Translations under genes and position numbers: made by a program
In this document: piece after piece, positions 40,200 to 50,671 of the stretch
How the letters are laid out: each line of letters begins with the position of its first letter
Numbering within the stretch: position 1 is the stretch's first letter
The notes under the pieces: model-generated
Seen by the model: only the letters and a program-made list of their open reading frames with translations
What the model was told of the DNA's origin: nothing
Databases searched by the model: none
Assembly (NCBI GenBank): GCA_963719035.1
Contig: CAVRAO010000002.1
Coordinates: forward strand, 141,507-205,506
Direction of reading: 5' to 3'
Length of the DNA: 64,000 nucleotides
DNA from: Methanobacteriota archaeon
GTDB lineage: Archaea > Halobacteriota > Bog-38 > Methanoflorentales > Methanoflorentaceae

Positions 40200-40847
40200 A
40201 TGGACCTGAGAAAGTGGGATATTATCTATCAACAGATAGTACGTGATTTTGGATTTGACACCGCTAAAGATGAACGTTCAGCTCTGATCTTATCCTCCTT
40301 GTTGACCTTAAAAGGATGTTTCGAGGAGACACAAAGCAAACTCCGCCATATCATCAGGGAACGCGAAGTTCTTGTTTGCGGCAAAGCGCCAACCTTAGTT
40401 GGAGATATTAAAAACGGCAAAATTGAGACGCGGGAGACGATCATTGCAGCAGATGGTGCTACCTCAGTGCTGTTGGCGCAAGGAGTCATCCCCCATATAA
40501 TTGTATCCGATCTAGACGGAAGCATCAACGATCTGAAGCGAGCAAATGCGATGTGTGCGATCATGGTTATTCACGCACACGGAGACAACATCGACGCTAT
40601 TAAAACACATGTCCCGTCACTAAGCGCCGTGCTTGGGACGACGCAGGCAAAACCACTGAACAACGTACTCAATATAGGTGGTTTCACAGATGGAGATAGG
40701 GCGGTTTTTTTGGCGAAAGAGTTTGGGGCCCGCACAGTTAGTGCGATCGGATTTGATTTTTCCGATAACAACGTCAGCCCCACAAAGAAGAAAAAGCTGC
40801 TGTGGGCAAAACGGTTGCTTGAGGGAGCTGATGTAAACTTTAAATGA
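40200..40847 (+). CDS. mptE: 6-hydroxymethyl-7,8-dihydropterin pyrophosphokinase, archaeal MptE-like (DUF115)
   Basis: 215 aa with MptE-family motifs (VCGKAPTL; HIIVSDLDG; VIHAHGDN). Confidence 0.6.
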   Translation: MDLRKWDIIYQQIVRDFGFDTAKDERSALILSSLLTLKGCFEETQSKLRHIIREREVLVCGKAPTLVGDIKNGKIETRETIIAADGATSVLLAQGVIPHIIVSDLDGSINDLKRANAMCAIMVIHAHGDNIDAIKTHVPSLSAVLGTTQAKPLNNVLNIGGFTDGDRAVFLAKEFGARTVSAIGFDFSDNNVSPTKKKKLLWAKRLLEGADVNFK

Positions 40848-42025
40848 GCTTGTCAATCGCTCTTGCTGGTAAGCCAAATACTGGCAAATCAACCTTTTTT
40901 AAAGCTGCAACACTTGTAAATGTTGAGATAGCAAACTATCCTTTTACGACTATAAGCGCTAATCGAGGAACGTCTTATGTGCGTGTGCCTTGCCCGTGCA
41001 GACAGCTCAACGCCCGGTGTGGTCACTGCGTGGATGGGGTGCGATTTGTCCCTATCGAGCTCGTTGATGTTGCGGGCTTGGTACCCGAGGCTCACAAAGG
41101 GCGTGGACTCGGGAATACTTTCCTCGACAACCTCCGTCAGTCGGAGGCGATCATAAACGTGATTGACGCCTCAGGTGGTACTGACTTAGAGGGCAACGTT
41201 CTCGGCGCGCCCTCGCACGATCCGTTGGAGGACATCACATTACTCGAAAGTGAGATATCGTTGTGGATGACTGGCATCATCGAAAAGAATTGGCAAAGAC
41301 TTGCAAAGAAAGCGCAGCTTGAGCACAACATCGCGAACGTGATCGCTATTCAGCTAGCAGGACTCAACATAGGGGCACGTCAAATCAAAAACGCAATGCA
41401 AAAGCTAGGACTTTTCGACACGCCACCAGAAAGCTGGGAGCGCGAGGATCTAATTAATTTATCACAACTAATTAGAAAGATCGCAAAACCCATTGTGATA
41501 GCAGCAAATAAAAAAGATGTCGCGTCGTCAGACAACCTTTCGCGTATTGCTGACGCATATGAAGATGTCGTGGCAACAAGTGGCGAAGCTGAACTTGCAC
41601 TTCGACTTGCTCAACAGAAGGGACTTATAGGTTACGTTCCAGGTGATACGCATTTCACGATAGTCACATCGCTTAATCAGCAACAAAAAACAGCGCTTGA
41701 GCGCTTACAAAAGTTTGTTAGTGGGGAGGGCACTGGGGTCCAAAAGTGTCTTAACACGACGGTGTTCGACGTGCTTAGGTACATCGTTGTGTATCCAGTC
41801 GAAGACGAACACAAATGGTCAGATAAGCGAGGAAGAGTTTTACCAGACGCATTGTTAATAAAAGCAGGCGGGACTGCGAAAGACCTCGCGTTCAAAGTCC
41901 ATTCTGATATCGGAAGCGGTTTTATATACGCTTTAGACGCACGCACGAAAAAGCGACTTGGTGAGCACCATGAATTAAAAAATGGCGATATAATCAAGAT
42001 AGTCTCGACTTCACGTGCCAAGTAG
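40844..42025 (+). CDS. Obg-family GTPase (YchF/Ygr210-like) with C-terminal TGS domain
   Basis: P-loop GKPNTGKST. G3 and G4 motifs (DVAGL; NKKD). TGS-like C-terminus (GDIIKIV). Confidence 0.7.
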   Translation: MSLSIALAGKPNTGKSTFFKAATLVNVEIANYPFTTISANRGTSYVRVPCPCRQLNARCGHCVDGVRFVPIELVDVAGLVPEAHKGRGLGNTFLDNLRQSEAIINVIDASGGTDLEGNVLGAPSHDPLEDITLLESEISLWMTGIIEKNWQRLAKKAQLEHNIANVIAIQLAGLNIGARQIKNAMQKLGLFDTPPESWEREDLINLSQLIRKIAKPIVIAANKKDVASSDNLSRIADAYEDVVATSGEAELALRLAQQKGLIGYVPGDTHFTIVTSLNQQQKTALERLQKFVSGEGTGVQKCLNTTVFDVLRYIVVYPVEDEHKWSDKRGRVLPDALLIKAGGTAKDLAFKVHSDIGSGFIYALDARTKKRLGEHHELKNGDIIKIVSTSRAK

Positions 42026-42136
42026 GAAAGATATATGTTCTATAATCTTCTTTTGTAAATAGCTTCCAATCGGAGCACGATTTGGATCCTAAGGGATGTG
42101 GCATGAAATGCTGAACCGATCACTAGAGGATGAAAA

Positions 42137-42718
42137 ATGAAATCGATGTATGGATTCATACGGGATGCATGGAAAAGGCCCGAACGCAGTTACGTTAAAA
42201 GCCTCATGTGGCAGCGACTGCAAACGTGGCGGCGCGAACCGTCAGTTGTTCGCATCGAACGGCCAACGCGACTTGATCGAGCAAGAAATCTAGGATATAA
42301 AGCGAAACAAGGTGTCATTACCGCTCGAGTTAGAACATGGCGCGGGGGTAGAAGGAAACAGCGCCCACGTGGAGGCCGCCGAACAAAGCATCTCGGAGTG
42401 AATAGGCTGACCGCCCGAAAAAGCTCACAGCGCATTGCAGAGGAACGTGCTTCGCGTAAATTCCCAAACTTAGAGGTGTTAAACTCTTACTGGGTAGGAC
42501 AAGACGGTAAATCGAAGTGGTATGAAATCATACTTGTTGATCCAAACCACCCCCGTATCCTTAGCGACCGAAGTTTTAACTGGATGGCGTCTTCACCGAG
42601 GCGTGCTTTGCGAGGCAAAACTAGTGCAGGTCAAAAAGGCCGCGGTCTAAGGAAAAAAGGTCGAGGCGCCGAAAAAACGGGGCCCTCTCTTAGCGCTCAC
42701 GGACGAAGGGGAACGTAA
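42137..42718 (+). CDS. rpl15e: 50S ribosomal protein L15e
   Basis: N-terminal [12 protein letters not shown]...[24 protein letters not shown] is typical of L15e. Confidence 0.9.
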   Translation: MKSMYGFIRDAWKRPERSYVKSLMWQRLQTWRREPSVVRIERPTRLDRARNLGYKAKQGVITARVRTWRGGRRKQRPRGGRRTKHLGVNRLTARKSSQRIAEERASRKFPNLEVLNSYWVGQDGKSKWYEIILVDPNHPRILSDRSFNWMASSPRRALRGKTSAGQKGRGLRKKGRGAEKTGPSLSAHGRRGT

Positions 42719-42754
42719 GCCCTTTCCTACACGTTGATCTGCTTCTTATCGTGA

Positions 42755-43225
42755 ATGGCAACGACTCACCGCGTCCGGCGAAAAAAAACAATACACAGCA
42801 TAGCCGTTAACGTTTTTGTCCATGCCACTGAGGATGAGAGCAAGGTTCTTGCAGGGCTCCGCTTGATCGTGCCAGAAAATGTACGAATCGACCGCCAACC
42901 AGTCACAGGTCACTTCGGAAACGCTATAGTTATTCTTACGGCCCGAACAGAACAAGCTCAAGCGATACGCCTAATTATTGACGCGATTAGGAATAAGCTT
43001 CCCAAACGTGACTTAATACGGTTGCAGGGGCAAATTCCTCAACTTCTCAGCGAAAGATGCACACTCGTTATGAAATTCGACAAACAGGCAGCTGTAAGTA
43101 GGGTCCTAGAGCTAGGGAAAGATGACCCAATAGTTGTTCGAGCAAAGATAGCGGCATACCCAGCTTGTCTAGGAACAGCAGCCGAGATTGCGCGCGATGT
43201 CTTGAACAATGCATGCATATGTTGA
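42755..43225 (+). CDS. COG1325/DUF54 predicted exosome-associated RNA-binding protein
   Basis: N-terminal AVNVFVHATEDESKV and ~150-aa size. It sits in the conserved position between L15e and Rpp30 in the archaeal superoperon. Confidence 0.55.
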   Translation: MATTHRVRRKKTIHSIAVNVFVHATEDESKVLAGLRLIVPENVRIDRQPVTGHFGNAIVILTARTEQAQAIRLIIDAIRNKLPKRDLIRLQGQIPQLLSERCTLVMKFDKQAAVSRVLELGKDDPIVVRAKIAAYPACLGTAAEIARDVLNNACIC

Positions 43226-43865
43226 TATAGGCGTTCACGCCTTTCCCGAAGGGGCAGATACGCCAAAAAGGCTCAACCTCGCAGCTTACCGTCTCGGCTT
43301 TTCTCAAATCGTATTAACAGCCCATTCGCCGTATTGGTCGCAGTTTCCAGATTCGAGTTTACCCTCGGGAGTGGAAATTGTCGCGACTACAGTTCGCGAT
43401 TTACGTAAGAAAATTGCTTTTTTTAGAGATATATCGACAATCTTAAGCGTGCACGGCGGAGATGAGCAGATTAACAGGGCAGCGTGCAAGGACGATCGAG
43501 TCGATGTTCTTATGCACCCCGAAAGAGGGAAATACAGCGGCATAAACCAAGTAACGGCAAAACTCGCCGAGAAAAACGAGGTCGCGCTAGGGTTGAACTT
43601 GGATTATTTTTGGAAAACAGAAGAACTGCAGAGATCTCGCTTGCTTGCGTTCCAGCGCAGAAACGTCTCTTTGTGCCAGAAGTTTGGAGTGCAGGTCATT
43701 ATTACAAGCGATGCGTATTCACACTTGGATTTGCGAGCTCCGCGTCAACTTAAAGCACTTGCAGGGCTTTTGCTTTTAAGTGATTGGGAAGCAGACATCG
43801 CTTTGTCTATAGCACCACTAAGCATTATAAAACGCAGAGGGCAGAAAAAAGAGGCGAACTTATGA
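43209..43865 (+). CDS. rnp3: RNase P protein component 3 (Rpp30)
   Basis: TIM-barrel-like Rpp30 pattern (MHAYVDIGVH...QIVLTAHS...VDVLMHPE) at its operon position. Confidence 0.7.
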   Translation: MHAYVDIGVHAFPEGADTPKRLNLAAYRLGFSQIVLTAHSPYWSQFPDSSLPSGVEIVATTVRDLRKKIAFFRDISTILSVHGGDEQINRAACKDDRVDVLMHPERGKYSGINQVTAKLAEKNEVALGLNLDYFWKTEELQRSRLLAFQRRNVSLCQKFGVQVIITSDAYSHLDLRAPRQLKALAGLLLLSDWEADIALSIAPLSIIKRRGQKKEANL

Positions 43866-44365
43866 AGCCACTTTCACCTACTTTGCGAGATAACTATCGC
43901 TACATTGCCTTCAGGCTGAGCTTTGAAGAACCGATAAGCGCTAGGGATCTGCAAACAGAGATAGCAAGAACCGCAAAAAGCCTTTTTGGAGATGTTGGCG
44001 TGAGCAAGCTGAACGTCAGAGTCGTCGCGTTTGACGGAACACAAGGACTTGTACGATGTAACATCCGACACGTTCCAGAATTACAAGCGGTATTAGCAAG
44101 CATAGGCAAAATCAAGAGCAATCGGGTATGCGTGACGACTATAGGCACTTCAGGAACGATAAAGGCTGCTATAGAAAAGTATTTACAAATTGAAGAGAAA
44201 ACACGTCGTAATATATCTTCTTATGTGACAGTGCCTGTATCCGGGAAAGCAGTAAGGATATGCGGCGAGGAAATTGACATAGTTCCAGAAGATAGGAAAA
44301 CTGTTGATCGCGCTGATGTCCAATTTATAGGCATAACGATCGACGATAACGAGAGGTTGATATAA
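43862..44365 (+). CDS. rnp2: RNase P protein component 2 (Pop5)
   Basis: The conserved Pop5 N-terminus (LRDNYRYIAFRL) starts at the Met at 43862; the ORF track's longer start at 43784 is rejected. Overlaps rnp3 by 4 nt. Confidence 0.65.
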   Translation: MKPLSPTLRDNYRYIAFRLSFEEPISARDLQTEIARTAKSLFGDVGVSKLNVRVVAFDGTQGLVRCNIRHVPELQAVLASIGKIKSNRVCVTTIGTSGTIKAAIEKYLQIEEKTRRNISSYVTVPVSGKAVRICGEEIDIVPEDRKTVDRADVQFIGITIDDNERLI

Positions 44366-45102
44366 TGCAGATGGCACCACAAATGGGGTACGATAGAGCG
44401 ATCACCGTTTTTTCCCCAGACGGTAGGCTATTTCAAGTAGAATATGCGCGCGAAGCTGTGAAACGGGGTACCACGTCTGTTGGAATAAAAGCAAAGGATG
44501 GCGTGGCCCTGCTCGTGGATAAACGTATCTCAAGTAGGCTCCTTGAGCCCCAATCCACCGAGAAGATCTTCCAGGTAGATGATCATATTGGCGCCGTGAC
44601 GTCTGGCCTCGTGGCTGATGCTCGCGCATTGGTCGACCGTGCTCGAGTCGATGCGCAGATAAATCGTGTCGTGTATAATGAACCTATTGGCATTGAAACA
44701 CTTGCGAAAAAAATTGCTGACCACAAACAAACATTCACACAGTACGGCGGTGTCAGACCCTATGGAACCGCATTACTTATAGGTGGTATCGATGATTCGG
44801 GCCCGCGTCTTTTTGAAACAGACCCGAGCGGTGCCCTTTTGATGGTCAAGGCCACTGGAATCGGCTCAGGAAGAAACGCGGTTATGGAGTTTCTCGAAGA
44901 GAAGTACAACGAAGACGTTGATATTGATAACGCCATAAGACTCGGGCTTGAAGCGCTCTACAAGGCAACTGAAGGTAAACTCACAGTCGACACCATCGAA
45001 ATCGCTGCAATAAACGCGAAAGATAACCGTTTCCAGAAGCTAGGGACGGATGAGCTCGAAGCGTACGTAAAGAGCGTACTTGATTCGATGCCAAAAGAGT
45101 GA
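44365..45102 (+). CDS. psmA: proteasome subunit alpha
   Basis: YDRAITVFSPDGRLFQVEYA N-terminal signature and full alpha-subunit length. Confidence 0.9.
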   Translation: MQMAPQMGYDRAITVFSPDGRLFQVEYAREAVKRGTTSVGIKAKDGVALLVDKRISSRLLEPQSTEKIFQVDDHIGAVTSGLVADARALVDRARVDAQINRVVYNEPIGIETLAKKIADHKQTFTQYGGVRPYGTALLIGGIDDSGPRLFETDPSGALLMVKATGIGSGRNAVMEFLEEKYNEDVDIDNAIRLGLEALYKATEGKLTVDTIEIAAINAKDNRFQKLGTDELEAYVKSVLDSMPKE

Positions 45103-45157
45103 TGATCTCAGGTTTTTGATGCCTTTTTGAGCGAACGGCACTGAGAGGAGTACGCAG

Positions 45158-45868
45158 ATGGTATCTCTCGATAAAGCAGTTGTCGCTCGATTTGCGAGAG
45201 GAGGGGAACACTTTGAAGTGCTTGTTGACCCCGAAAATGCGTTATCAATGCGAGAAGGTCGTGATATTGACATGGATGCTGTTCTAGCGATTGAAGAGAT
45301 TTTTAAGGACGCATCTAAAGGTGAAAAAGCGTCTGATGACGGCCTCAAAAACGTGTTTGGCACGACAGAGCCCTCAGCAATTGCCAAACGCATAATTATT
45401 GAAGGAGAGCTGCATCTTACCGCACAACAGAGGCACAAGATCCAAGAGCACAAACGGAAGGAGCTAATAGCCACTATCGCTGCGAATGCGATAAATCCCC
45501 AAACGGGCCTGCCTCATCCACCACAGCGAATAGAAAAGGCCATTGAAGAAGCAAAAGTGAACGTAGACCCATTTAAAAGCGTCGACGAACTAGTAAATAT
45601 TGCGTTAAAAGCAATCCGGCCACTCATACCTATAAGGTTTGAGGAGGTAGATGTCGCTGTCAAGATACCCGCCAACTATGCTGCAAAATCACAAGGGGCT
45701 ATTCAACGATTTGGCAAAGTCATTAGACAGGAGTGGCAGCAGGACGGTGCGTGGATCGGTGTGGTCCGGTTTCCTGCAGGACTCCAAAACGATTTCTATG
45801 AGCTTGTGAATCGATTATCTAGAGGAGAAGCCGAAACGCGAATCATTACCCGGCAAGGACAAAAATGA
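45158..45868 (+). CDS. sdo1: ribosome maturation protein SBDS (Sdo1 homolog)
   Basis: FYSH N-terminal domain (VVARFARGGEHFEVLVDPE) plus the central and C-terminal domains. Confidence 0.8.
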   Translation: MVSLDKAVVARFARGGEHFEVLVDPENALSMREGRDIDMDAVLAIEEIFKDASKGEKASDDGLKNVFGTTEPSAIAKRIIIEGELHLTAQQRHKIQEHKRKELIATIAANAINPQTGLPHPPQRIEKAIEEAKVNVDPFKSVDELVNIALKAIRPLIPIRFEEVDVAVKIPANYAAKSQGAIQRFGKVIRQEWQQDGAWIGVVRFPAGLQNDFYELVNRLSRGEAETRIITRQGQK

Positions 45869-46557
45869 GGAAAAAAGAAAAAGTCGACAAGACGATCGTC
45901 GTTCCAGGAGACCTACTTTCTGATGATGCCGACAAAGCTGCGGAAGGAACCTACACCGAAAATGGGAAAGTTTATTCATTGATATTCGGGCTAGCAGATG
46001 ATAGGGAGAAAATACGCGTAATCCCTCTTTCTGGAAAATACCTACCAACGGTTGGGGACATAGTTATTGGGATGGTATCAGACATCAGCTTTTCAAATTG
46101 GAAAGTAAACATCAACTCACCCTACGAGGCACTTATGCATATCTCAGAATACCCGCGCCGTATTGAATCAAGCGAGATGGCGAAGATTATGCGTGTGGGT
46201 GACCTTGCGATCTTTAAGGTGGTAGATGTAGATCAGTCAATGAAAATAGAGCTTGCGCCTCGAGAAGGCCAATTGCGCGTATTGCGAAGCGGCAGGGTGG
46301 TCGAGGTATCATATACAAAAGTCCCGCGGGTTATTGGACGAGCAGGATCAATGGTAAGCTTACTCAAGGATAAACTCGACGTCAATATTTTTGTTGGAAA
46401 AAATGGCCGGATTTGGATCAATGGAAAAGCAGAAGACGAAGAGCTAGCTATAAAAGCGATTAAACGGATTGAGCAAGAGGCCCATACGTCCGGACTTACA
46501 GATAGGATAACTAAATTTCTAGAGGAAGAAAAGCATGGAATTTATGAAGAACGGTAA
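45865..46557 (+). CDS. rrp4: exosome complex component Rrp4 (S1 + KH)
   Basis: N-terminal domain VVPGDLL, S1 (GDIVIGMV), KH (GRIWING). Overlaps sdo1 by 4 nt. Confidence 0.85.
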   Translation: MRKKEKVDKTIVVPGDLLSDDADKAAEGTYTENGKVYSLIFGLADDREKIRVIPLSGKYLPTVGDIVIGMVSDISFSNWKVNINSPYEALMHISEYPRRIESSEMAKIMRVGDLAIFKVVDVDQSMKIELAPREGQLRVLRSGRVVEVSYTKVPRVIGRAGSMVSLLKDKLDVNIFVGKNGRIWINGKAEDEELAIKAIKRIEQEAHTSGLTDRITKFLEEEKHGIYEER

Positions 46558-47245
46558 GAGAATAGACGATCGTCTTCCTAACGAGTTGCGTCCAGTCAAA
46601 TTTGAAGTCGGCGTGCTCGAACGGGCTGATGGTTCATGTTACGTCGAACACGGTGGGAATAAGGTGATTGCCGCCGTTTACGGGCCGAGGGCAGTGCACC
46701 CAAGGCACTTGCAGGAAGCGAATCGCGCAATAATCAGGTACCGCTATAACATGGCATCTTTTTCGGTGGAAGAGCGAAAAAGACCAGGTCCAGACCGAAG
46801 GAGTGTAGAAATCTCAAAAGTGAGCAGAGAAGCGATAGATCCAGTCATAATCAAAGAGTTCTATCCAAGGTCTACAATTGACATCTTCGTAGAGATTCTA
46901 CAGGCGGATGCTGGCACACGATCAGCTGGGATAAACGCGGCATCCGTCGCGTTAGCCGATGCAGGAGTACCGATGCGTGGTCTTATATCCTCGTGCGCTG
47001 TGGGCAAAGTAGATGACACTGTTGTTCTAGATCTCGTTAAGGAGGAGGACAATTACGGTCAAGCAGACATGCCAATCGCTATGGACGTGCGGACAGGAGA
47101 AGTCACGCTTCTCCAAATGGATGGTCATCTAACATTGGAAGAATTTGAACAAGCGTTAGAACTAGCGAAAACCGGGTGTGCGCGCATAGCCGAAATGCAA
47201 AGAGAGGCCCTAATTCAAAAATACCGAGGAGAAGAAAATGAATGA
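46535..47245 (+). CDS. rrp41: exosome complex exonuclease Rrp41 (RNase PH fold)
   Basis: RNase PH domain ([24 protein letters not shown]) with phosphate-binding region. Confidence 0.85.
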   Translation: MEFMKNGKRIDDRLPNELRPVKFEVGVLERADGSCYVEHGGNKVIAAVYGPRAVHPRHLQEANRAIIRYRYNMASFSVEERKRPGPDRRSVEISKVSREAIDPVIIKEFYPRSTIDIFVEILQADAGTRSAGINAASVALADAGVPMRGLISSCAVGKVDDTVVLDLVKEEDNYGQADMPIAMDVRTGEVTLLQMDGHLTLEEFEQALELAKTGCARIAEMQREALIQKYRGEENE

Positions 47246-48023
47246 CGTTATTGCCGAGATAAGAAAAGATTACATTTACGGGCTTGCTAAAAGAAGTGAA
47301 CGAGCAGACGGGCGCGCGTTCGATGAATATCGTCCAATTCAGGTCGAGGTTGGATTCATAGACAAAGCTGAAGGATCGGCAAGAGTTAGGATAGGAAACA
47401 CGCAGGTGCTCGTCGGCGTCAAGCTGCAACCTGGTGAGCCTTTTGCCGACTCGCCTGAGACTGGCGTTATAATTACCAACGTTGAGCTCGTGCCGCTAGC
47501 TTCTCCGTCCTTTGAACCTGGTCCGCCTAATGAAAAGGCGATAGAGCTTGCGCGCGTGGTAGATCGCGGCGTTCGTGAATCGGGCGCTATTGACTTATCT
47601 CAATTGACCTTGCCAGACGGTAAAGTATGGCTCATTTTTATTGACGTGCACGTCTTAGACTACGATGGAAACCTTATAGATGCCTCGGCATTAGGGGCAC
47701 TTGCAGCGCTTATAAATGCAAAAATGCCGTCTGAGCGATACGGCTACGGGCCCGATGCAGCGCTTCCAATCAAAGAATATCCGATTGCCGTGACCGCCGT
47801 TGACCTTGACGGTGAGATTATGCTAGATCCATCTTTGGATGAAGAAACCATCGCATCTTCTCGACTAACAGTCATATCCGGCCTACAGGGAACTTTAGCA
47901 GGAATGCAAAAAAGCGGAACAGGCACACTTTCGGTAGATGAGATAGTTCGTGTCGTAAAGTTAGCAAGCAGTAAAGCGATGCAGATCAGAGATGATCTTT
48001 TTGGTGGTTCTACGAATGGCTAA
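47238..48023 (+). CDS. rrp42: exosome complex component Rrp42
   Basis: Inactive RNase-PH paralog pattern ([18 protein letters not shown]) at the operon position after rrp41. Confidence 0.85.
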   Translation: MNDVIAEIRKDYIYGLAKRSERADGRAFDEYRPIQVEVGFIDKAEGSARVRIGNTQVLVGVKLQPGEPFADSPETGVIITNVELVPLASPSFEPGPPNEKAIELARVVDRGVRESGAIDLSQLTLPDGKVWLIFIDVHVLDYDGNLIDASALGALAALINAKMPSERYGYGPDAALPIKEYPIAVTAVDLDGEIMLDPSLDEETIASSRLTVISGLQGTLAGMQKSGTGTLSVDEIVRVVKLASSKAMQIRDDLFGGSTNG

Positions 48024-48330
48024 AAAGAGCGCTCACAAGAAGGGAAGGAAGACTCGTTCTGCAGGCCGCTTCGGCCCGAGATATGGTCGTAAGATCCGCA
48101 AGCGAATTGCCGATGTGGAATCGGTGATGAACCAAGCGCATAAGTGTCCAGCGTGTGGGCGGAAGGCGGTTTCCCGAAAAGGAACGGGTATATGGACGTG
48201 CGCTAAATGCGACGCAACGTTTGCAGGCGGCGCTTATGTACCTGAGACCGCTGTTGGAAAAACAGTCGCCCGCTCTATTCGCCGTGCGAGCGAGGAACAA
48301 GAACAGCTTTTAACGAGATCCGTGAGGTGA
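48016..48330 (+). CDS. rpl37ae: 50S ribosomal protein L37Ae
   Basis: [24 protein letters not shown] plus C4 zinc ribbon (CPACG...CAKC). The start at 48016 overlaps the rrp42 stop. Confidence 0.85.
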   Translation: MAKKSAHKKGRKTRSAGRFGPRYGRKIRKRIADVESVMNQAHKCPACGRKAVSRKGTGIWTCAKCDATFAGGAYVPETAVGKTVARSIRRASEEQEQLLTRSVR

Positions 48331-48334
48331 TTTC

Positions 48335-48472
48335 ACGGTTTATAAATGTATACGCTGTAAGCGCGAGGTCGAAGTAGAATCTGAATACGGCGGTATCAGG
48401 TGTCCCTACTGCGGTCATCGCATATTGATAAAAGAGCGGCCCACGATCATAAAAAAGGTGAAGGTGCTGTAG
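48335..48472 (+). CDS. rpoP: DNA-directed RNA polymerase subunit P (RpoP/Rpb12-like Zn-ribbon), with no canonical start codon
   Basis: Frame 48326-48472 encodes ...[45 protein letters not shown], the RpoP CxxC...CPYCG pattern, at the expected superoperon position. There is no ATG/GTG/TTG in the frame after the upstream TGA at 48323. Confidence 0.4.
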   Translation, partial: TVYKCIRCKREVEVESEYGGIRCPYCGHRILIKERPTIIKKVKVL

Positions 48473-48576
48473 AAAAACGCCCTTACAAGGCTCGCAATAG
48501 ATCTTCGTAAAACAGGAAACGAGCAGTACTGTGAATAACATACAGAATCACAAAACAGTGAGTTCAACTGTACCTC

Positions 48577-48816
48577 ATGGAAGCAAACAGTATTGATTAT
48601 CTGTACCGATCAATCACGCCTGAGCTAAAGACTATTGGTATAGCCGGAGGACGGGCGTCGGTAAGAGTCCACAAAACCACTAAGAGGCTAGTTATCAACA
48701 TTAAAGCCTCTGACATCACTTCGTGCCGAGCTGCAACTAATTCTTGGCTGAGGCTAGCGCTCATTGCTACTGATGTGGACGAACTTGTTGCCGATACGTT
48801 AGAACAGAGCCCATAA
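48577..48816 (+). CDS. small conserved superoperon protein, Pcc1-like (KEOPS subunit; COG2892-like)
   Basis: 79 aa. Position between rpoP and pfdB matches the Pcc1 homolog of the archaeal superoperon. Sequence support is weak. Confidence 0.35.
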   Translation: MEANSIDYLYRSITPELKTIGIAGGRASVRVHKTTKRLVINIKASDITSCRAATNSWLRLALIATDVDELVADTLEQSP

Positions 48817-48866
48817 CTATTCCTTTAAATTGGATTACTGAATGATATACTTAGGAGAAAGCTTAA

Positions 48867-49232
48867 ATGAGTGCCGAATTACCACCGCAAATACAAAATC
48901 AAGTTGCACAATTGCAGCAACTTCAACAGCAAGCACAAGCGCTTGCCGTTCAACGAAGTCAACTCGAGCTCTCGTTAAACGAGGCTAACCAAACTCTAGC
49001 AGAGCTTGACAAGCTTGACGAAAAAGCGGTAATCTTCAAGACCGTTGGAACGATCCTCGTTCGCTCGAACAAGGACCAAGTTAAAGAGGAACTCGCCGAA
49101 AAAAAAGAAACGTTTGACGTGCGTTTGAAAAGCCTCCAAAGGCAGGAAGAGCGCGTCCAAACGCGTTTCCAACAGCTACAACAGCAGCTACAAAAAGCAC
49201 TCGGCGGTGGAACGGTACCACAAGGCTCGTAA
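48867..49232 (+). CDS. pfdB: prefoldin subunit beta
   Basis: Coiled-coil / beta-hairpin / coiled-coil layout with Q-rich helices and the central hairpin (KAVIFKTVGTILV). Confidence 0.8.
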   Translation: MSAELPPQIQNQVAQLQQLQQQAQALAVQRSQLELSLNEANQTLAELDKLDEKAVIFKTVGTILVRSNKDQVKEELAEKKETFDVRLKSLQRQEERVQTRFQQLQQQLQKALGGGTVPQGS

Positions 49233-49263
49233 TGCAGCAATTTGTCTTAAAGGAGAAGCTATC

Positions 49264-49821
49264 TCACGTTGGCTTTGAATAGACTTCCTCTTCTTCTTTT
49301 TGTACAAATTTTTCCGGTCTAGCAACTCCAGCGTCACTCGATTCGCTTAATATCACGACGACGTCAGCGAGATTCTTTAGTGCAGTCGAGAAGCCAGGCT
49401 CTGCCCCGAAAATTATAGTCTCTTTACCGTGCTCCATCGCTTTCGACAGGACCGGCTTAAAATCAGCATCACGAGTGACTATCGCGATAATATCGATATT
49501 AGGGTTAAATATAAGCTCAGTAGCTTCAACTGCAAGTCGAACATCTACGTCGCTTGAGCTGACTACTGGTTCCAATCCTTGGTTCTCGATTGCTTCTACA
49601 AGTTTCTCAGACGCATACTGATTAAGGTAGACTCTACCTACTTTGATGTCGCCAAATTCCTTCAAGGTGTTTCGTATTTCCTCAAGGTCAATCTGAAATT
49701 CCTTGCGCAGCATATTAGGCCCATCAACCAGCAGTCCAATACCCTTATGGGCTTTTTCCCTCCTGCTGATTATCGTCCGAATCTTGTATATATCTTTTAT
49801 ATGTGGAATATGTCGGGGCAT
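49264..49821 (-). CDS. NYN/LabA-like (DUF88) domain protein
   Basis: GLLVDGPNMLR ... DVDVRLAVEA ... IVTRDADFKPV motifs of the NYN/LabA-like fold. Confidence 0.6.
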   Translation of the reverse strand: MPRHIPHIKDIYKIRTIISRREKAHKGIGLLVDGPNMLRKEFQIDLEEIRNTLKEFGDIKVGRVYLNQYASEKLVEAIENQGLEPVVSSSDVDVRLAVEATELIFNPNIDIIAIVTRDADFKPVLSKAMEHGKETIIFGAEPGFSTALKNLADVVVILSESSDAGVARPEKFVQKEEEEVYSKPT

Positions 49822-49921
49822 AAGGACAAAAACTCCTGCTATTGCAAAAATGGTAACATATAAAATGAATTTACAGCGGCGTATTATATATCTTTTTCTT
49901 TATGCGTTCAAAATGACCGTT

Positions 49922-50671
49922 TTAAACAAGATTAAAAGCCCTACAGGTGTTTTTAATGATTATGGAGGCCGTATCTTCAAAGGTCATATCCCATATCCGC
50001 GATATGGCAACGACCGCATCTCCGACCAACGCAGGTTCGTTCCGACCACGATGAGCTGCTTGATATGGGCTATCGGTTTCCACTAAGATTGCTTCTCGCG
50101 GAGCACCCTCCACAAGCTTCTGGTGGTGTGGCGATTTACAAACCCGAGTTGGAATTGAAATATAGTGTCCGCAGCCAACTATAGCATTAAGCAACTCGGT
50201 GTTGCCACCGTAGCAATGATATACTGCTTGGTCAACCCGGTGTGCGAGCTTAAAAACGCGTTCTTCAGCATCTCGACTGTGGATCACAAGCGGCAGGTTG
50301 AGCTCCTCGCTTAGTCGAATAAATATGCGAAACGTATCCTCTTGCTCCGCTCGTTGATGTTCCTCCGTAGCGTGATAAAAGTCTAATCCCACTTCACCAA
50401 TCGCTATTGCAGAATCGGCATTTTGTCGAATGAATTCTTCGACGTGTTTTTTTTCGTCTAAGTTTAGCGGGCTTAACCCATACGCTGCATAAATGTTTTC
50501 ATGCTGAAGCAAGTCTTTGGTTGCCTGGTTCGATCTGAGATTAATACCCGAATTAATTAGAGCGATCCGTGCATCGAACGCTCTGTTAATGACCGATTGA
50601 CGATCTAGGTCAAACGCAGGCATATCGATGTGGCAGTGGGTGTCTAAAAGATGCCATCGCAAACTACGCAC
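49922..50671 (-). CDS. tatD: TatD-family metal-dependent hydrolase
   Basis: LDTHCHID N-terminus, GEVGLDFYH, VIHSRDA motifs. Confidence 0.8.
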   Translation of the reverse strand: MRSLRWHLLDTHCHIDMPAFDLDRQSVINRAFDARIALINSGINLRSNQATKDLLQHENIYAAYGLSPLNLDEKKHVEEFIRQNADSAIAIGEVGLDFYHATEEHQRAEQEDTFRIFIRLSEELNLPLVIHSRDAEERVFKLAHRVDQAVYHCYGGNTELLNAIVGCGHYISIPTRVCKSPHHQKLVEGAPREAILVETDSPYQAAHRGRNEPALVGDAVVAISRIWDMTFEDTASIIIKNTCRAFNLV

